Assembly: GCF_001194135.2 (NCBI RefSeq)
Contig: NC_068982.1
Location: 75,501,534 to 75,565,533, forward strand
From: Octopus bimaculoides
Taxonomy: Eukaryota
Length of the DNA: 64,000 nt
Reading direction: 5' to 3'
Shown here: piece after piece, positions 63,721 through 64,000 of the stretch
How the letters are laid out: each line of letters begins with the position of its first letter
Numbering within the stretch: the first letter of the stretch is position 1
The notes under the pieces: model-generated
Database searches by the model: none
Seen by the model: the letters and a program-made list of their open reading frames with translations, nothing else
Told to the model about the DNA's origin: nothing
Position numbers and translations under genes: made by a program

Positions 63721-64000
63721 TTCTTAATAACCTTGAAGTGCACGCATGCGTTAAAACCCACCACCACCAACAACAACAACACAACAGTAATCACCAGAGG
63801 AATTACTGAACGTAATATCTTAAAAGTTTAGATTTCAAACTTTAGTTAGGTTAATAGTGAAATGTAATGAGAATTAGATATAAGAGGTGTTAGGTTGTCG
63901 GTAAAAAAAAAAAATACTGTTTCCAACCCCACTTCCTCCACACCTGCACTCCTCCAGCCATCAATTCCAAGACTTAAAAGCAAAACTTGAAGGGTTGGGG

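Noticed and set aside
1-64000. CRISPR arrays, rRNA, bona fide tRNA genes, operons or prokaryotic defence systems
   Set aside because: None seen. The tRNA-like boxes are SINE heads, and no repeat-spacer array is present.

Overview
AT-rich animal genomic DNA, most likely Octopus (inferred from the repeat families and microsatellite style; not proven). It has four assembly gaps. The main feature is the 3' part of a Citron Rho-interacting kinase gene (CIT/sticky) on the minus strand. I reconstructed 21 GT-AG coding exons by hand from 57337 down to the stop at 12247. Their splice phases all agree and they total 3057 nt (1018 aa plus stop), encoding coiled coil, C1, PH, CNH and a Ser-rich tail. The kinase-domain exons lie beyond the right edge of the window. 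At the left edge is a CpG-rich promoter-like region with a probable non-coding first exon of the next minus-strand gene. Introns and intergenic DNA are full of transposon relics: mariner, Merlin, Helitron, a gag-only Gypsy, a solo LTR, RTE, R4/Dong-like and CR1-like LINEs, several tRNA-derived SINE families, and TTAA- or TA-flanked MITEs. I did not find a convincing new biological system. The best leads are a PHD finger inside an RTE reverse transcriptase, SINEs chained at (TAA)n tracts, SINE tails matching that RTE, inverted SINE pairs next to exons as possible ADAR substrates, and a MITE with telomere-like repeats. All translations and alignments were done by eye.
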